Shown here one piece after another: positions 27,080-37,462 of a DNA stretch of 38,876 nucleotides; the stretch's first letter is position 1; the number at the start of each line of letters is the position of its first letter. Under the pieces are notes generated by a model, which worked only from the letters and a program-made list of their open reading frames with translations, was not told the origin of the DNA and searched no databases. The DNA lies in the sequence record OP917825; one strand, written 5' to 3'. The position numbers were made by a program, and so were the translations under genes. This DNA comes from Shigella phage CT02.

Positions 27080-27670
27080 ATGCGCTCTTATGAGATGAAC
27101 ATTGAGACCGCAGAAGAGCTATCAGCCGTCAACGACATTCTGGCTTCCATCGGTGAGCCACCAGTATCGACCCTTGAGGGTGATGCAAACGCTGATGTTG
27201 CAAACGCTCGACGTGTGCTCAACAAGATTAACCGACAGATTCAGTCACGAGGATGGACATTCAATATTGAGGAAGGTGTGACTCTTCTACCGGATGCGTT
27301 CTCTGGCATGATTCCATTTAGCTCTGACTATCTGTCCGTAATGGCAACCAGCGGTCAGACCCAATATGTCAACCGTGGTGGCTATCTCTATGACCGCTCT
27401 GCGAAGACTGACCGATTTCCTTCTGGTGTTCAGGTCAACCTGATTCGTCTGAGAGAGTTCGATGAGATGCCTGAGTGCTTCCGTAACTACATCGTCACCA
27501 AGGCATCACGCCAGTTTAACAACCGCTTCTTCGGTGCGCCGGAGGTAGACGGAGTGTTGCAGGAAGAGGAACAGGAAGCGTGGCGTGCGTGCTTCGAGTA
27601 CGAGCTAGACTACGGTAACTACAACATGCTTGAGGGCGATTCATTCACCTCTGGTCTACTTAACCGCTAA
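27080..27670 (+). CDS. Tail tubular protein A (gene 11)
   Basis: 196-aa ORF (T7 gp11 is 196 aa); RBS AGGAGG. Confidence 0.9.
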   Translation: MRSYEMNIETAEELSAVNDILASIGEPPVSTLEGDANADVANARRVLNKINRQIQSRGWTFNIEEGVTLLPDAFSGMIPFSSDYLSVMATSGQTQYVNRGGYLYDRSAKTDRFPSGVQVNLIRLREFDEMPECFRNYIVTKASRQFNNRFFGAPEVDGVLQEEEQEAWRACFEYELDYGNYNMLEGDSFTSGLLNR

Positions 27671-27685
27671 TCATAAGGAGGCTCT

Positions 27686-30091
27686 ATGGCTCTCATTAGC
27701 CAATCAATCAAAAACCTCAAGGGTGGTATCAGCCAACAGCCAGATATTCTCCGGTTCGCTGAACAAGGTAGCGTACAGATTAACGGTTGGTCTTCTGAGT
27801 CCGAGGGTCTCCAGAAGCGCCCACCGATGATTCACCTTAAGACCCTTGGCGCTGCTGGGTATGTGGGTGCGCAACCTTACGTTCACCTCATCAACCGTGA
27901 TGAGTTCGAGCAGTATTTTGTTGTGTTCACTGGTGAAGACATTAAGGTATTCGACCTCGACGGTAAGGAGTACCAAGTGCGTGGAGACCGCTCTTATGTG
28001 CGCACAGCTAACCCACGGGAAGACCTTCGGATGGTCACTGTGGCTGATTATACCTTTGTGACTAACCGCAAGGTGGTTGTGCAGAGTAACGACCAATCGG
28101 TCAACCTTCCGGGCTTTAAAGACCAAGGCGATGCACTGATTAATGTTCGTGGTGGGCAATATGGGCGTAGACTCTCAATCGAGTTCAACGGTGCTGAGCG
28201 TGCTGCTGTTCAACTACCAGACGGCTCACAACCAGCACACGTAAATGAGGTTGACGGTCAGGCCATCGCTGAGAAGCTGGCGGCTCAGTTGCGAAATAAC
28301 CTAGGGAACCCGAGCAACGCACAAGACCCGAATAAGTGGCGCTTCAACGTTGGCCCCGGATTCATCCATATCCTTGCGCCAAATAACGATAACGTTTGGG
28401 GACTACAGACTAAGGATGGTTACGCAGACCAGCTAATCAACCCTGTAACCCATTACACTCAGTCGTTCCAGAAGTTGCCTATTAACGCTCCAGATGGGTA
28501 CATTGTGAAGATTGTAGGTGACACCTCCAAGACTGCCGACCAGTATTACGTTAGGTTCGACCTCAACCGTAAGGTATGGGTAGAAACGATTGGCTGGAAC
28601 ACAAGGACTCACCTGCACTACCACACGATGCCTTGGGCGTTGGTACGGGCTTCTGACGGGAACTTTGACTTCAAGTACCTTGAGTGGGGTGCTCGTACTG
28701 TGGGCGATGATACAACCAACCCATACCCATCGTTTACCGGACAGACAATCAACGATATTTTCTTCTTCCGTAACCGTTTGGGGTTCCTTAGTGGGGAGAA
28801 CATCATCTTGTCTCGCACCTCGAAATACTTCAACTTCTTCCCGGCATCCGTGTCAAACTACTCCGACGATGACCCAATCGACGTTGCCGTTAGTCACAAC
28901 CGGGTGTCAACCTTGAAGTATGCCGTTCCGTTCTCCGAAGAGTTACTCCTATGGTCTGACCAAGCGCAGTTCGTTCTGACAGCCTCTGGTATCCTTTCGA
29001 GTCGCTCCGTAGAGTTGAACCTTACGACTCAGTTCGACGTGCAAGATAGGGCACGCCCACATGGTGTAGGACGTAATGTATACTTTGCGTCACCTCGCGC
29101 TTCCTTCACATCCATTAACCGCTACTATGCGGTACAGGATGTAAGCTCTGTGAAGAACGCAGAGGACATGACGGCTCACGTTCCGAACTACATACCGAAT
29201 GGAGTATTCAGTATATCGGGGACAACCGCTGAGAACTTCGCGGCTATCCTTACGAGCGGGGCACCTAACCGAGTGTATATCTACAAGTTCCTCTACATTG
29301 ACGAGGAAATCAGGCAGCAGTCGTGGTCTCATTGGGACTTTGGGGACAACGTTACGGTGTTCGCAGCACAGGTCATAAACTCAACAATGACAGTATTGAT
29401 GAGCAATGAACATGCTGTGTGGATGGGACGCTTACACTTCACGAAGAACTCCATAGACCTTCCGGGAGAGCCTTACAGATTATACATCGACGCTAAGAGG
29501 AAATACACCATCCCTGCCGGGACGTATAATGATGATACCTACCAGACGTCCATAAGCCTCGCAACGATTTACGGGATGAACTTCACTAAGGGTAGAGTGT
29601 CTGTGGTCTTCCCTGATGGAAAGATTATAGAGGTAGACCAGCCAATCAACGGTTGGAGCAGTGACCCGGTGTTACGACTTGATGGGAACCAAGAGGGACA
29701 AGTAGTCTACATTGGGTTCAACATCCCGTTCACTTATACGTTCTCGAAGTTCCTCATCAAGAAGACTGCTGAGGACGGCTCGACGGCTACCGAGGATATT
29801 GGTCGCTTACAGCTTCGGCGTGCGTGGGTAAACTATGAGGACTCTGGAGCGTTCACCATCCGTGTGAACAACCTGTCCCGTGAGTTCATCTACACAATGG
29901 CTGGTGCACGATTGGGGTCTGACAACCTCCGCGTTGGAGGCTCAAACATTGGTACAGGGCAATACCGCTTCCCGGTGGTTGGCAATGCTCAGACGAACAT
30001 AGTAACTATCGAGTCAGACGCATCAACCCCATTGAACATCATTGGGTGCGGCTGGGAGGGGAACTACCTTCGTCGTTCTTCTGGCATTTAA
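27686..30091 (+). CDS. Tail tubular protein B (gene 12)
   Basis: 801-aa ORF; RBS AAGGAGG; synteny. Confidence 0.9.
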   Translation: MALISQSIKNLKGGISQQPDILRFAEQGSVQINGWSSESEGLQKRPPMIHLKTLGAAGYVGAQPYVHLINRDEFEQYFVVFTGEDIKVFDLDGKEYQVRGDRSYVRTANPREDLRMVTVADYTFVTNRKVVVQSNDQSVNLPGFKDQGDALINVRGGQYGRRLSIEFNGAERAAVQLPDGSQPAHVNEVDGQAIAEKLAAQLRNNLGNPSNAQDPNKWRFNVGPGFIHILAPNNDNVWGLQTKDGYADQLINPVTHYTQSFQKLPINAPDGYIVKIVGDTSKTADQYYVRFDLNRKVWVETIGWNTRTHLHYHTMPWALVRASDGNFDFKYLEWGARTVGDDTTNPYPSFTGQTINDIFFFRNRLGFLSGENIILSRTSKYFNFFPASVSNYSDDDPIDVAVSHNRVSTLKYAVPFSEELLLWSDQAQFVLTASGILSSRSVELNLTTQFDVQDRARPHGVGRNVYFASPRASFTSINRYYAVQDVSSVKNAEDMTAHVPNYIPNGVFSISGTTAENFAAILTSGAPNRVYIYKFLYIDEEIRQQSWSHWDFGDNVTVFAAQVINSTMTVLMSNEHAVWMGRLHFTKNSIDLPGEPYRLYIDAKRKYTIPAGTYNDDTYQTSISLATIYGMNFTKGRVSVVFPDGKIIEVDQPINGWSSDPVLRLDGNQEGQVVYIGFNIPFTYTFSKFLIKKTAEDGSTATEDIGRLQLRRAWVNYEDSGAFTIRVNNLSREFIYTMAGARLGSDNLRVGGSNIGTGQYRFPVVGNAQTNIVTIESDASTPLNIIGCGWEGNYLRRSSGI

Positions 30092-30110
30092 CTTAACGTC
30101 TCCCTGTGGT

Positions 30111-30133
30111 GAATTAACCCTCACTAAAGGGAG
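30111..30133 (+). promoter_or_regulatory. T3-class phage RNAP promoter (phi13), exact consensus
   Basis: AATTAACCCTCACTAAAGGGAGA. Confidence 0.8.
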
Positions 30134-30167
30134 ACACTAATAGATACGAGGGGGGGGTTAAAGCAGT

Positions 30168-30578
30168 ATGTATATTACAAAGTGTTTACAAGACCACGCT
30201 GACAACTTTCAGCCGTCCATAGAGGACATTCTGGAAGCTGAGGCATTGGGTGTTGAACCTAAAGTAATTCCTGATGAGAACACTGTGGCAATGCTTAGCG
30301 ATAACGCTGTGTTGGCAATTGGTGGCAATCAGGGAGACCGAGTGTGGTTCCTTACCTCTAAGTACGTCCCACTGTTTAACTTAAAGGAACGCTTAGAGTT
30401 TCGTAGACTTATCATTGAATATCGTGATATGATGCTAAGCCAGTACGAGTCCATTTGGAACTTCGTTTGGGTTGGCAATAAGTCACACATTCGTTTCCTA
30501 AAGACCATAGGTGCGGTATTCCATAATGAGTTTATCGCTGATGGTCAATTCCAATTATTCACTATCAGTAGGAGGTAA
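30168..30578 (+). CDS. Internal virion protein gp13
   Basis: 136-aa ORF; synteny. Confidence 0.7.
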   Translation: MYITKCLQDHADNFQPSIEDILEAEALGVEPKVIPDENTVAMLSDNAVLAIGGNQGDRVWFLTSKYVPLFNLKERLEFRRLIIEYRDMMLSQYESIWNFVWVGNKSHIRFLKTIGAVFHNEFIADGQFQLFTISRR

Positions 30579-30580
30579 CT

Positions 30581-31174
30581 ATGTGCTGGATGGCAGCGAT
30601 TCCTATTGCCATGATGGGTGCCCAAGCTCTAAGTAGCCAGAACAGTGCTGACAAGGCGCGAGTGGCACAGACCGAAGCTGGACGCCGACAGGCAATTGAG
30701 ATGGTAAAAGAGATGAATATCCAAAATGCCAACGCCTCGCTGGAACAACGGGACGCCCTTGAAGCTGCATCCTCTGAGTTGACTACACGTAACATGCAGA
30801 AGGTACAGGCTATGGGAACCATCCGTGCAGCTATTGGCGAGGGTATGCTCGAAGGTGAGTCCATGAAGCGCATCAAGCGTATCGAAGAGGGCAACTACAT
30901 TCGGGAGGCAAACAGTGTCACCGAGAATTACCGCAGAGACTACGCGAGTATCTTTGCGCAACAGTTGGGACGCACTCAGTCCACAGCTAGTCAAGCCGAT
31001 GCAATGTACAAGAGCGAGGCCAAAGGTAAGTCTGGTCTGATGCGTGTACTAGACCCTCTGTCCATTATGGGTCAGGAAGCTGCAAGTCAATATGCGGCTG
31101 GTGGATTTGACAAGAAAGGTGGAAACCAAGCAGCACCTATCAGTGCCGCCAAAGGAACCAAGACCGGGAGGTAA
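30581..31174 (+). CDS. Internal virion (ejection) protein gp14
   Basis: 197-aa ORF with N-terminal hydrophobic segment; RBS AGGAGG. Confidence 0.8.
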   Translation: MCWMAAIPIAMMGAQALSSQNSADKARVAQTEAGRRQAIEMVKEMNIQNANASLEQRDALEAASSELTTRNMQKVQAMGTIRAAIGEGMLEGESMKRIKRIEEGNYIREANSVTENYRRDYASIFAQQLGRTQSTASQADAMYKSEAKGKSGLMRVLDPLSIMGQEAASQYAAGGFDKKGGNQAAPISAAKGTKTGR

Positions 31175-31176
31175 TA

Positions 31177-33420
31177 ATGGCTAGTAAACTAAATAGTGTT
31201 TTAGGCAACATGGCGACTCCCGGTATGGAACGACTCCGGGGCGTCAAAGGTATGGACTACCGGGCAGCAACCATTCAGGCTGAACAACCGAGAGCGAGTC
31301 TTCTGGACTCCATTAGTCGATTCGCTAAGGCTGGTGCAGATATGTACATGGCGAAAGACGAACGTGATAAGCAACGAGCCGATGAGCGCTCCAACGAGAT
31401 TATCCGTAAGCTGACCCCTGAGCAGCGCCGACAGGCTATCCAGAATGGTACTCTACTATATCAGGATGACCCATACGCAATGCAGGCCTTGAAGTTCAAG
31501 ACAGGACGTAACGCTGCGTTCCTTGTGGACGATGAGGTTCAACAGGGAATCAAAGAGGGGCGCTTCCGTACCCGTGAAGAGTTGGAGCAGTATCGACACT
31601 CACGACTACAGGAACAGTCGAAGTCGTTCGCTGAGCAGTTCGGCATCAATGAGATGGACGAGGAGTACCAGAAGGGTTTCAATGCGAACATCACCGAGCG
31701 TAACATTGCTCTGTATGGGGCACATGATACCTTCCTGAGTGACCAAGCGCAGAAGGGTGCAATCCTGAACTCGAAGGTTGAACTCAATGGTGTCCTGTCT
31801 GACCCTGACCTACTGTCTCGTCCTGAGTCCGGTGAGTTCTTCCAGAACTACATCGACAACTCCTTGGTGACAGGGATGACTGACAATCAGGCTCAACAGG
31901 TTATCTCTTCGTCCCTGAATGACGTGCTACAGCGTCCGGGTGGTGCCGCCTTCTTGCAGAACATTGAGAACCGCAAGGTGACTCTTAATGGCGCTACGAC
32001 TACCTATCGTGAACTGATGGGTGATGAGCAGTGGCAGGCAATGATGATTAAGGCACAGCACACTCAATTCCAGAACAACGCGAAGTTAACAGAGAAGTTC
32101 CGACTGGATATTAACTCAGCGCTTAACCAAGCGGACACTGGTAAAGGTTGGGAGACTCTTCAAGGTATCAAGGCCGAACTCGATAAGATTCAGCCGGGTG
32201 AAGAGATGACTCCTGAGCGCGAGTGGTTGATTTCCGCACAGGAACAGATGCGCACCCGCTTCAAGCAGGAACAAGCTGAGACAGCCAAGCTGATGGACAA
32301 GCAACAGAAGACCCTGAATAAATCTTTGGTCATCGACAAGCAGTTCCAGAAGCGCCTCAACGGTGAATACGTCTCGACCAACTATAAGGACATGCCGACC
32401 AACGAGAACACTGGTGAGTTTACACATAGCGATATGGTCAACTACGCGAACCAAAAGTTAGCGGAAATCGAAGCGATGGACTTAACGCCAGAACAGAAAG
32501 ACAAACTGAAATTGGACTACCTACGGGCAGACTCCAAGGAGGGTGCTTTCCGTGCAGCGTTTGGTGAGATGATTACTGATGCTGGAAACGAGTGGCAGGC
32601 TGCGGTTATTAACGGTAAGATGCCTGAGAGCACACCAGCGATGGATAACCTTCGTCGCATCCGCAACACTGACCCTGACCTGATTGCCTCTCTGTATCCT
32701 GACAAGGCCGAGTTGTTCCTGACGATGGACATGTTGGATAACCAAGGTATCGACACGCAGGTTCTTATCGACGCTGATAAGGCCCGCGCACAGAAAACCA
32801 AGGAGATGCAGTTTGAGGATGACCGAGCGTGGGCTGCTATGATGAACGATTCAACGAATCCTCAAATCAAGTACATGCCTTCGAGTGTCCAAGGGTATGC
32901 CCGGAAGATTTATGATTCCGTGAAGTACCGGACAGGGAACCCTGACATGGCAACCGAACAGGTCGCAAAGTTCCTCTCCGATTCGACGACCACGTTCTCC
33001 AGTAGCGATGTTGAGGGTGATACCTATGGTGTCCTACCGAAGAACATCCTGACTGTTTCGGATGACCCTAAGTCGTGGGAGCAAGGGAAGAACATTCTGG
33101 ACGAAGCCATTAAGGGAATCACAGCGGCGAACCCTTGGATTACCAACAAGCAACTGTCGGTGTACCAGCAAGGTGATTCAATCTACCTGATGGACACAAC
33201 CGGACAGGTTCGCATTCGGTATGACCAAGAGTTGCTCAAGCGTGAGTATCAGCGCACCGCACAGATGCAAGCTGAGGCAGTACGAGAGAAAGCCCTCAAA
33301 GAGGCCAACAAGCGTGCCCCAATCAGCCGTGTACCACAGGCGCGTGAAGAAGCGCGTAAACGTGTCCAAGAGAAACGGAAGAAGACTCCGAAGTACATCT
33401 ATGGACGTAAAGAAGACTAA
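31177..33420 (+). CDS. Internal virion (ejection) protein gp15
   Basis: 747-aa ORF (same length as T7 gp15); RBS GGGAGG. Confidence 0.85.
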   Translation: MASKLNSVLGNMATPGMERLRGVKGMDYRAATIQAEQPRASLLDSISRFAKAGADMYMAKDERDKQRADERSNEIIRKLTPEQRRQAIQNGTLLYQDDPYAMQALKFKTGRNAAFLVDDEVQQGIKEGRFRTREELEQYRHSRLQEQSKSFAEQFGINEMDEEYQKGFNANITERNIALYGAHDTFLSDQAQKGAILNSKVELNGVLSDPDLLSRPESGEFFQNYIDNSLVTGMTDNQAQQVISSSLNDVLQRPGGAAFLQNIENRKVTLNGATTTYRELMGDEQWQAMMIKAQHTQFQNNAKLTEKFRLDINSALNQADTGKGWETLQGIKAELDKIQPGEEMTPEREWLISAQEQMRTRFKQEQAETAKLMDKQQKTLNKSLVIDKQFQKRLNGEYVSTNYKDMPTNENTGEFTHSDMVNYANQKLAEIEAMDLTPEQKDKLKLDYLRADSKEGAFRAAFGEMITDAGNEWQAAVINGKMPESTPAMDNLRRIRNTDPDLIASLYPDKAELFLTMDMLDNQGIDTQVLIDADKARAQKTKEMQFEDDRAWAAMMNDSTNPQIKYMPSSVQGYARKIYDSVKYRTGNPDMATEQVAKFLSDSTTTFSSSDVEGDTYGVLPKNILTVSDDPKSWEQGKNILDEAIKGITAANPWITNKQLSVYQQGDSIYLMDTTGQVRIRYDQELLKREYQRTAQMQAEAVREKALKEANKRAPISRVPQAREEARKRVQEKRKKTPKYIYGRKED

Positions 33421-33438
33421 CAGTGATAAGGAGGCTCC

Positions 33439-36400
33439 ATGAGCTACGATAAGAACAAACCTAGCGAGTTCGACGGGTTATTTCAAAAAGCGGCAGACAA
33501 ACATGGGGTCTCCTATGACCTGCTTCGTAAATTGGCATTCAACGAATCCAGCTTCAATCCAAAGGCCAAATCTCCAACTGGCCCGAAGGGTCTCATGCAG
33601 TTCACCAAGGGTACAGCCACTGCGCTGGGACTCAAGGTCACTGATGCAGACGATGATGACCGTTACAACCCGGAGTTGGCTGTGGATGCAGCCGCTCGTC
33701 ACCTGAGTGACCTCATTCGTAAATACGATGGGGATGAGCTTAAGGCAGCCCTAGCGTACAACCAAGGCGAGGGCAGAAATGGTGCCCCTCAGATGCAGGC
33801 CTACGACAAAGGCGATTGGGCTTCAATCTCTGAGGAAGGTCGTAACTATATGCGTAACCTGATGGACGTAGCTAACAGTCCTCGCAAGGGGGACTTGGAG
33901 GCGTTCGGCGGCATCACCCCAAAGGCTAAGGGCATTCCATCGGGGGATGCATTTGCGGGAATCGGGAAGAAGCAGACGGTAGGAACTGACCTGCCGGAGT
34001 CAACTGGATTCAAAGTGGAAGGTAAAGAGCAGAAAGCACCTAACGTGCCATATGCTAAGGACTTTTGGGAAAAGACTGGAACAACACTGGACGAGTTTAA
34101 TTCTCGTTCAGCCTTCTTCGGAATCGGAGATGCCACAAGTGCAGAACTTCACAACTCCGTATTGGGTGTGGCTTTTCGTGCCGCTCGTAGTGATGACGGT
34201 TTTGATTTATTCAAGGACACCATTACGCCGACTCGCTGGAACAGCCATACGTGGACTCCAGAAGAGTTAGAGCGTATCCGTAAGGAAGTGAAGAACCCCG
34301 CGTACATCCACGTAGTCACTGGAGGCTCTCCTGAGAATCTGGACGCCCTCATTAAGATGGCGAATGACAACTACGAGATGGACGCGCGGTCTGCCGATGC
34401 TGGTGTTGGTGCCAAACTTACTGCTGGTATCGTCGGTGCTGGTGTAGACCCGCTTAGTTACGTACCGCTAGTAGGCGTAGCCGGGAAGGGTCTCAAGGTG
34501 GTTAACAAGGCTTTCATTGTTGGTACTCAAAGTGCTGGCCTCGCTGTTGCCTCTGAGGGTATCCGTACATCAATCGCTGGTGGAGAAGCCCACTATGCTG
34601 ATGCTGCTTTAGGTGGTCTCATGTTCGGTGCTGGTATGAGCGCAATCAGTGACGCTATCGCCGCTGGTGTTCGCCGTTCCCGTGGTACTGAGGTTGTTAA
34701 TGACTTCGCTCCTATGGCACACCGCTTGGAAGCCCGTGAGACCGCTATGAACTCTGGTGGTGAAGACCTGACCCGTATGCCTAGCGAGAACCGTGTGTTC
34801 GACCGTGAGCACGCTGGCGTTGAGTATTCACCTCTGGAGACAGAGCCGGGTGCCGTTGTGTTGCCTCAAGGTCAAATCCTTAGCGACACCAACCCGCTGA
34901 ACCCTCAGACTCTTAGCGAGTTCGAGGCGGTCAACCCTGAGCGTGCCGCTCGTGGTATCTCTTTGAGTGGTTTCACTGAGATTGGCTTGAAGACTCTCCG
35001 CTCTGAGAACCCGACTGTTCGCTCCATTGCGAGTGACCTTGTGCGTTCTCCAACAGGGATGGAATCAGGCTCTAATGGTAAGTTCGGTGCGACAGCTTCT
35101 GACATTAAGGAGCGACTCCACGCGAACAATCAGCGCACCTACAATCAGCTTTATGATGCTGTGCGTACTGCAATGAAAGACCCTGAGTTCTCCACAGGTG
35201 GTGCCACAATGAGCCGTAAGGAAATCCGACAGGAAATCTACAAGCGTGCAGCCTTGGCGATTGAGCGACCTGAGCTTCAAGCAAACCTGACAAAGGGTGA
35301 GCGGAACGTGATGAACATCCTCAAGCAGCACTTTGACCTCAAACGTGAAATCATGGAGAACCCGTCAATCTTCGGCAACACCAAGGCGGTCAGTATCTTC
35401 CCCGGCTCACGCCACAAGGGAACCTACGTGCCAAACGTGTACGACCGCGCTATCAAGATTGAGATGGTTAAACGCTACGGTAATGATGGCTTACAGCGAG
35501 CAATCGCGGAGTCGTGGTTGACGTCTTATCGTGCTCGTCCAGAAGTCAAGGCGAGGGTCGATGAGTACCTGATGGAACTTAACGGTCTCAAATCCGTGCA
35601 GGAAGTTACGCCTGAGATGGTGCAGAAGCACGCGATGGATAAGGCGTATGGTATTTCACACACTGACCAGTTCTCTGCCTCCTCTGTCATTGATGATAAA
35701 CTTGAGGGTCTGACGGGTATCGAGAACAACAACTTCTTGGAAGCCCGTAACATGTTCGACAGTGACATGGCGGTGACTCTCCCTGATGGTAACACGTTCT
35801 CTGTGAATGACCTGCGTACCTATGACATGGCTGACATTCTGCCTGCATATGACCGCCGAGTTGATGGGGATGTTGCAATCATGGGTGGTTCCGGTAAGAC
35901 TACCAAAGACCTGAAAGATGAAATCATGGCGCTGGATAAGCAGGCTGAGGGTAACGGCACACTGAAAGGTGAAGTGGAAGCCCTCAAGGACACCGTGAAG
36001 ATTCTGACTGGTCGTGCTCGTAGGAACCCGGAAGGCGCTTGGGGCATAGCCCTACGCTCCGTCAATGACCTTACGTTCTTCGCTAAGAACGCCTACATGG
36101 GTGCGCAGAACCTTACTGAAATCGCTGGTATGCTGGCTAAAGGTAACGTCTCTGCGATAACTCATGGCATCCCTGTGATTAACGATTGGGTCAACCGTGG
36201 TAAACCGCTTCGTGCCTCTGAGATTAAGGAGATACACGGGATGGTGTTCGGTAAGGAACTAGACCAACTAATCCGTCCGGGACGTGAAGACCACGTGCGC
36301 CGACTCCGGGAGTCTACGGACACCAGCGCTGCGGTTGCCAATGTGGTCGGTACGATTCGTTTCGGTACTCAAGAGTTGGCTGCACGCTCCCCTTGGACAA

Positions 36401-37401
36401 TGCTCCTGAACGGAACATCAAACTACATTCTTGATGCTGCCCGTCAGGGTGTGCTTGGGGATGTGGCTGGAGCGGCCCTTGCTGGGAAAGCCTCTAAGTT
36501 CGGTAAGGCAAACTACCTTAAGTCTGCCTCTATCAGCCCTGAGCAGTGGAATGGAATCAAGCAGTTGTTCAGAGACCATGCGACTCGTGGAGAAGACGGT
36601 AAGTTCACCATTCGTGACAAACAGGCTTTCGCTAACGACCCACGTTCAATGGACTTGTGGCGACTGGCTGACAAGGTGGCGGATGAGACTATACTGCGCC
36701 CTCACAAGGTTTCCTCACAGGACGCCAAAGCGTTCGGTGCAGGGGTTAAGATGGTGATGCAGTTTAAGAACTTCGTCATCAAGTCCCTTAACTCCCGGTT
36801 CGTCCGTAGCTTCTATGAGGCAACGAAGAACAACCGTGCGTTAGACCAAGCGTTGACTCATATCATCTCTTTGGGTCTAGCTGGTGGTTACTACGTTGGG
36901 CAGGCGCACCTTAAGGCTGCAAGTCTACAGGAGCACAAACGTAAGGAGTACCTTAAGAACGCGCTTGACCCTAAGATGATTGCTCATGCGTCAATCTCTC
37001 GTAGTTCACACTTAGGATCACCATTGAGTATCTACGACATGTTCGCTGGGATGGTTGGTAGCGATACCTATAAGTACACCCGCTCTACTGTACTCCCTAA
37101 AGAGTCCGAGAAGCGCGACCCTAACAAGGCAGTGACAGGTAGACAGGTGGCTTCAACCATCGCAGGTGCAATTGGTGAGCAGGTTCCGGGTTTAGGTTTT
37201 GTGGGTTCTGTGGGCGCAACAGCAATTAACGCCGCTTCCCTACTGTCTTCTCCAAACAAGGCTACCGCTCTGGAGTTCCGTACAGGACTCTTCAACACCT
37301 CTCGTGAGTTGATTCCTAATGACCCGCTATCGCAGCAACTCATTATGAAAATCTACGAGGCCAACGGTATCCGTATAAAGGAGACGCCTAAGAAACAATA
37401 A
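33439..37401 (+). CDS. Internal virion protein gp16 with N-terminal lytic transglycosylase domain
   Basis: 1320-aa ORF; N-terminal SLT-like motif (LMQFTKGTA..., AYNQGEG); RBS AAGGAGG. Confidence 0.9.
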   Translation: MSYDKNKPSEFDGLFQKAADKHGVSYDLLRKLAFNESSFNPKAKSPTGPKGLMQFTKGTATALGLKVTDADDDDRYNPELAVDAAARHLSDLIRKYDGDELKAALAYNQGEGRNGAPQMQAYDKGDWASISEEGRNYMRNLMDVANSPRKGDLEAFGGITPKAKGIPSGDAFAGIGKKQTVGTDLPESTGFKVEGKEQKAPNVPYAKDFWEKTGTTLDEFNSRSAFFGIGDATSAELHNSVLGVAFRAARSDDGFDLFKDTITPTRWNSHTWTPEELERIRKEVKNPAYIHVVTGGSPENLDALIKMANDNYEMDARSADAGVGAKLTAGIVGAGVDPLSYVPLVGVAGKGLKVVNKAFIVGTQSAGLAVASEGIRTSIAGGEAHYADAALGGLMFGAGMSAISDAIAAGVRRSRGTEVVNDFAPMAHRLEARETAMNSGGEDLTRMPSENRVFDREHAGVEYSPLETEPGAVVLPQGQILSDTNPLNPQTLSEFEAVNPERAARGISLSGFTEIGLKTLRSENPTVRSIASDLVRSPTGMESGSNGKFGATASDIKERLHANNQRTYNQLYDAVRTAMKDPEFSTGGATMSRKEIRQEIYKRAALAIERPELQANLTKGERNVMNILKQHFDLKREIMENPSIFGNTKAVSIFPGSRHKGTYVPNVYDRAIKIEMVKRYGNDGLQRAIAESWLTSYRARPEVKARVDEYLMELNGLKSVQEVTPEMVQKHAMDKAYGISHTDQFSASSVIDDKLEGLTGIENNNFLEARNMFDSDMAVTLPDGNTFSVNDLRTYDMADILPAYDRRVDGDVAIMGGSGKTTKDLKDEIMALDKQAEGNGTLKGEVEALKDTVKILTGRARRNPEGAWGIALRSVNDLTFFAKNAYMGAQNLTEIAGMLAKGNVSAITHGIPVINDWVNRGKPLRASEIKEIHGMVFGKELDQLIRPGREDHVRRLRESTDTSAAVANVVGTIRFGTQELAARSPWTMLLNGTSNYILDAARQGVLGDVAGAALAGKASKFGKANYLKSASISPEQWNGIKQLFRDHATRGEDGKFTIRDKQAFANDPRSMDLWRLADKVADETILRPHKVSSQDAKAFGAGVKMVMQFKNFVIKSLNSRFVRSFYEATKNNRALDQALTHIISLGLAGGYYVGQAHLKAASLQEHKRKEYLKNALDPKMIAHASISRSSHLGSPLSIYDMFAGMVGSDTYKYTRSTVLPKESEKRDPNKAVTGRQVASTIAGAIGEQVPGLGFVGSVGATAINAASLLSSPNKATALEFRTGLFNTSRELIPNDPLSQQLIMKIYEANGIRIKETPKKQ

Positions 37402-37419
37402 ACCCTCACTAAAGGGAGA
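37397..37419 (+). promoter_or_regulatory. T3-class phage RNAP promoter (phi17)
   Basis: AATAAACCCTCACTAAAGGGAGA overlapping the gene 16 stop. Confidence 0.7.
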
Positions 37420-37462
37420 GAGGTCACATTCTGGCCTCTTCTCTCTTAATGCTAATTTACAA

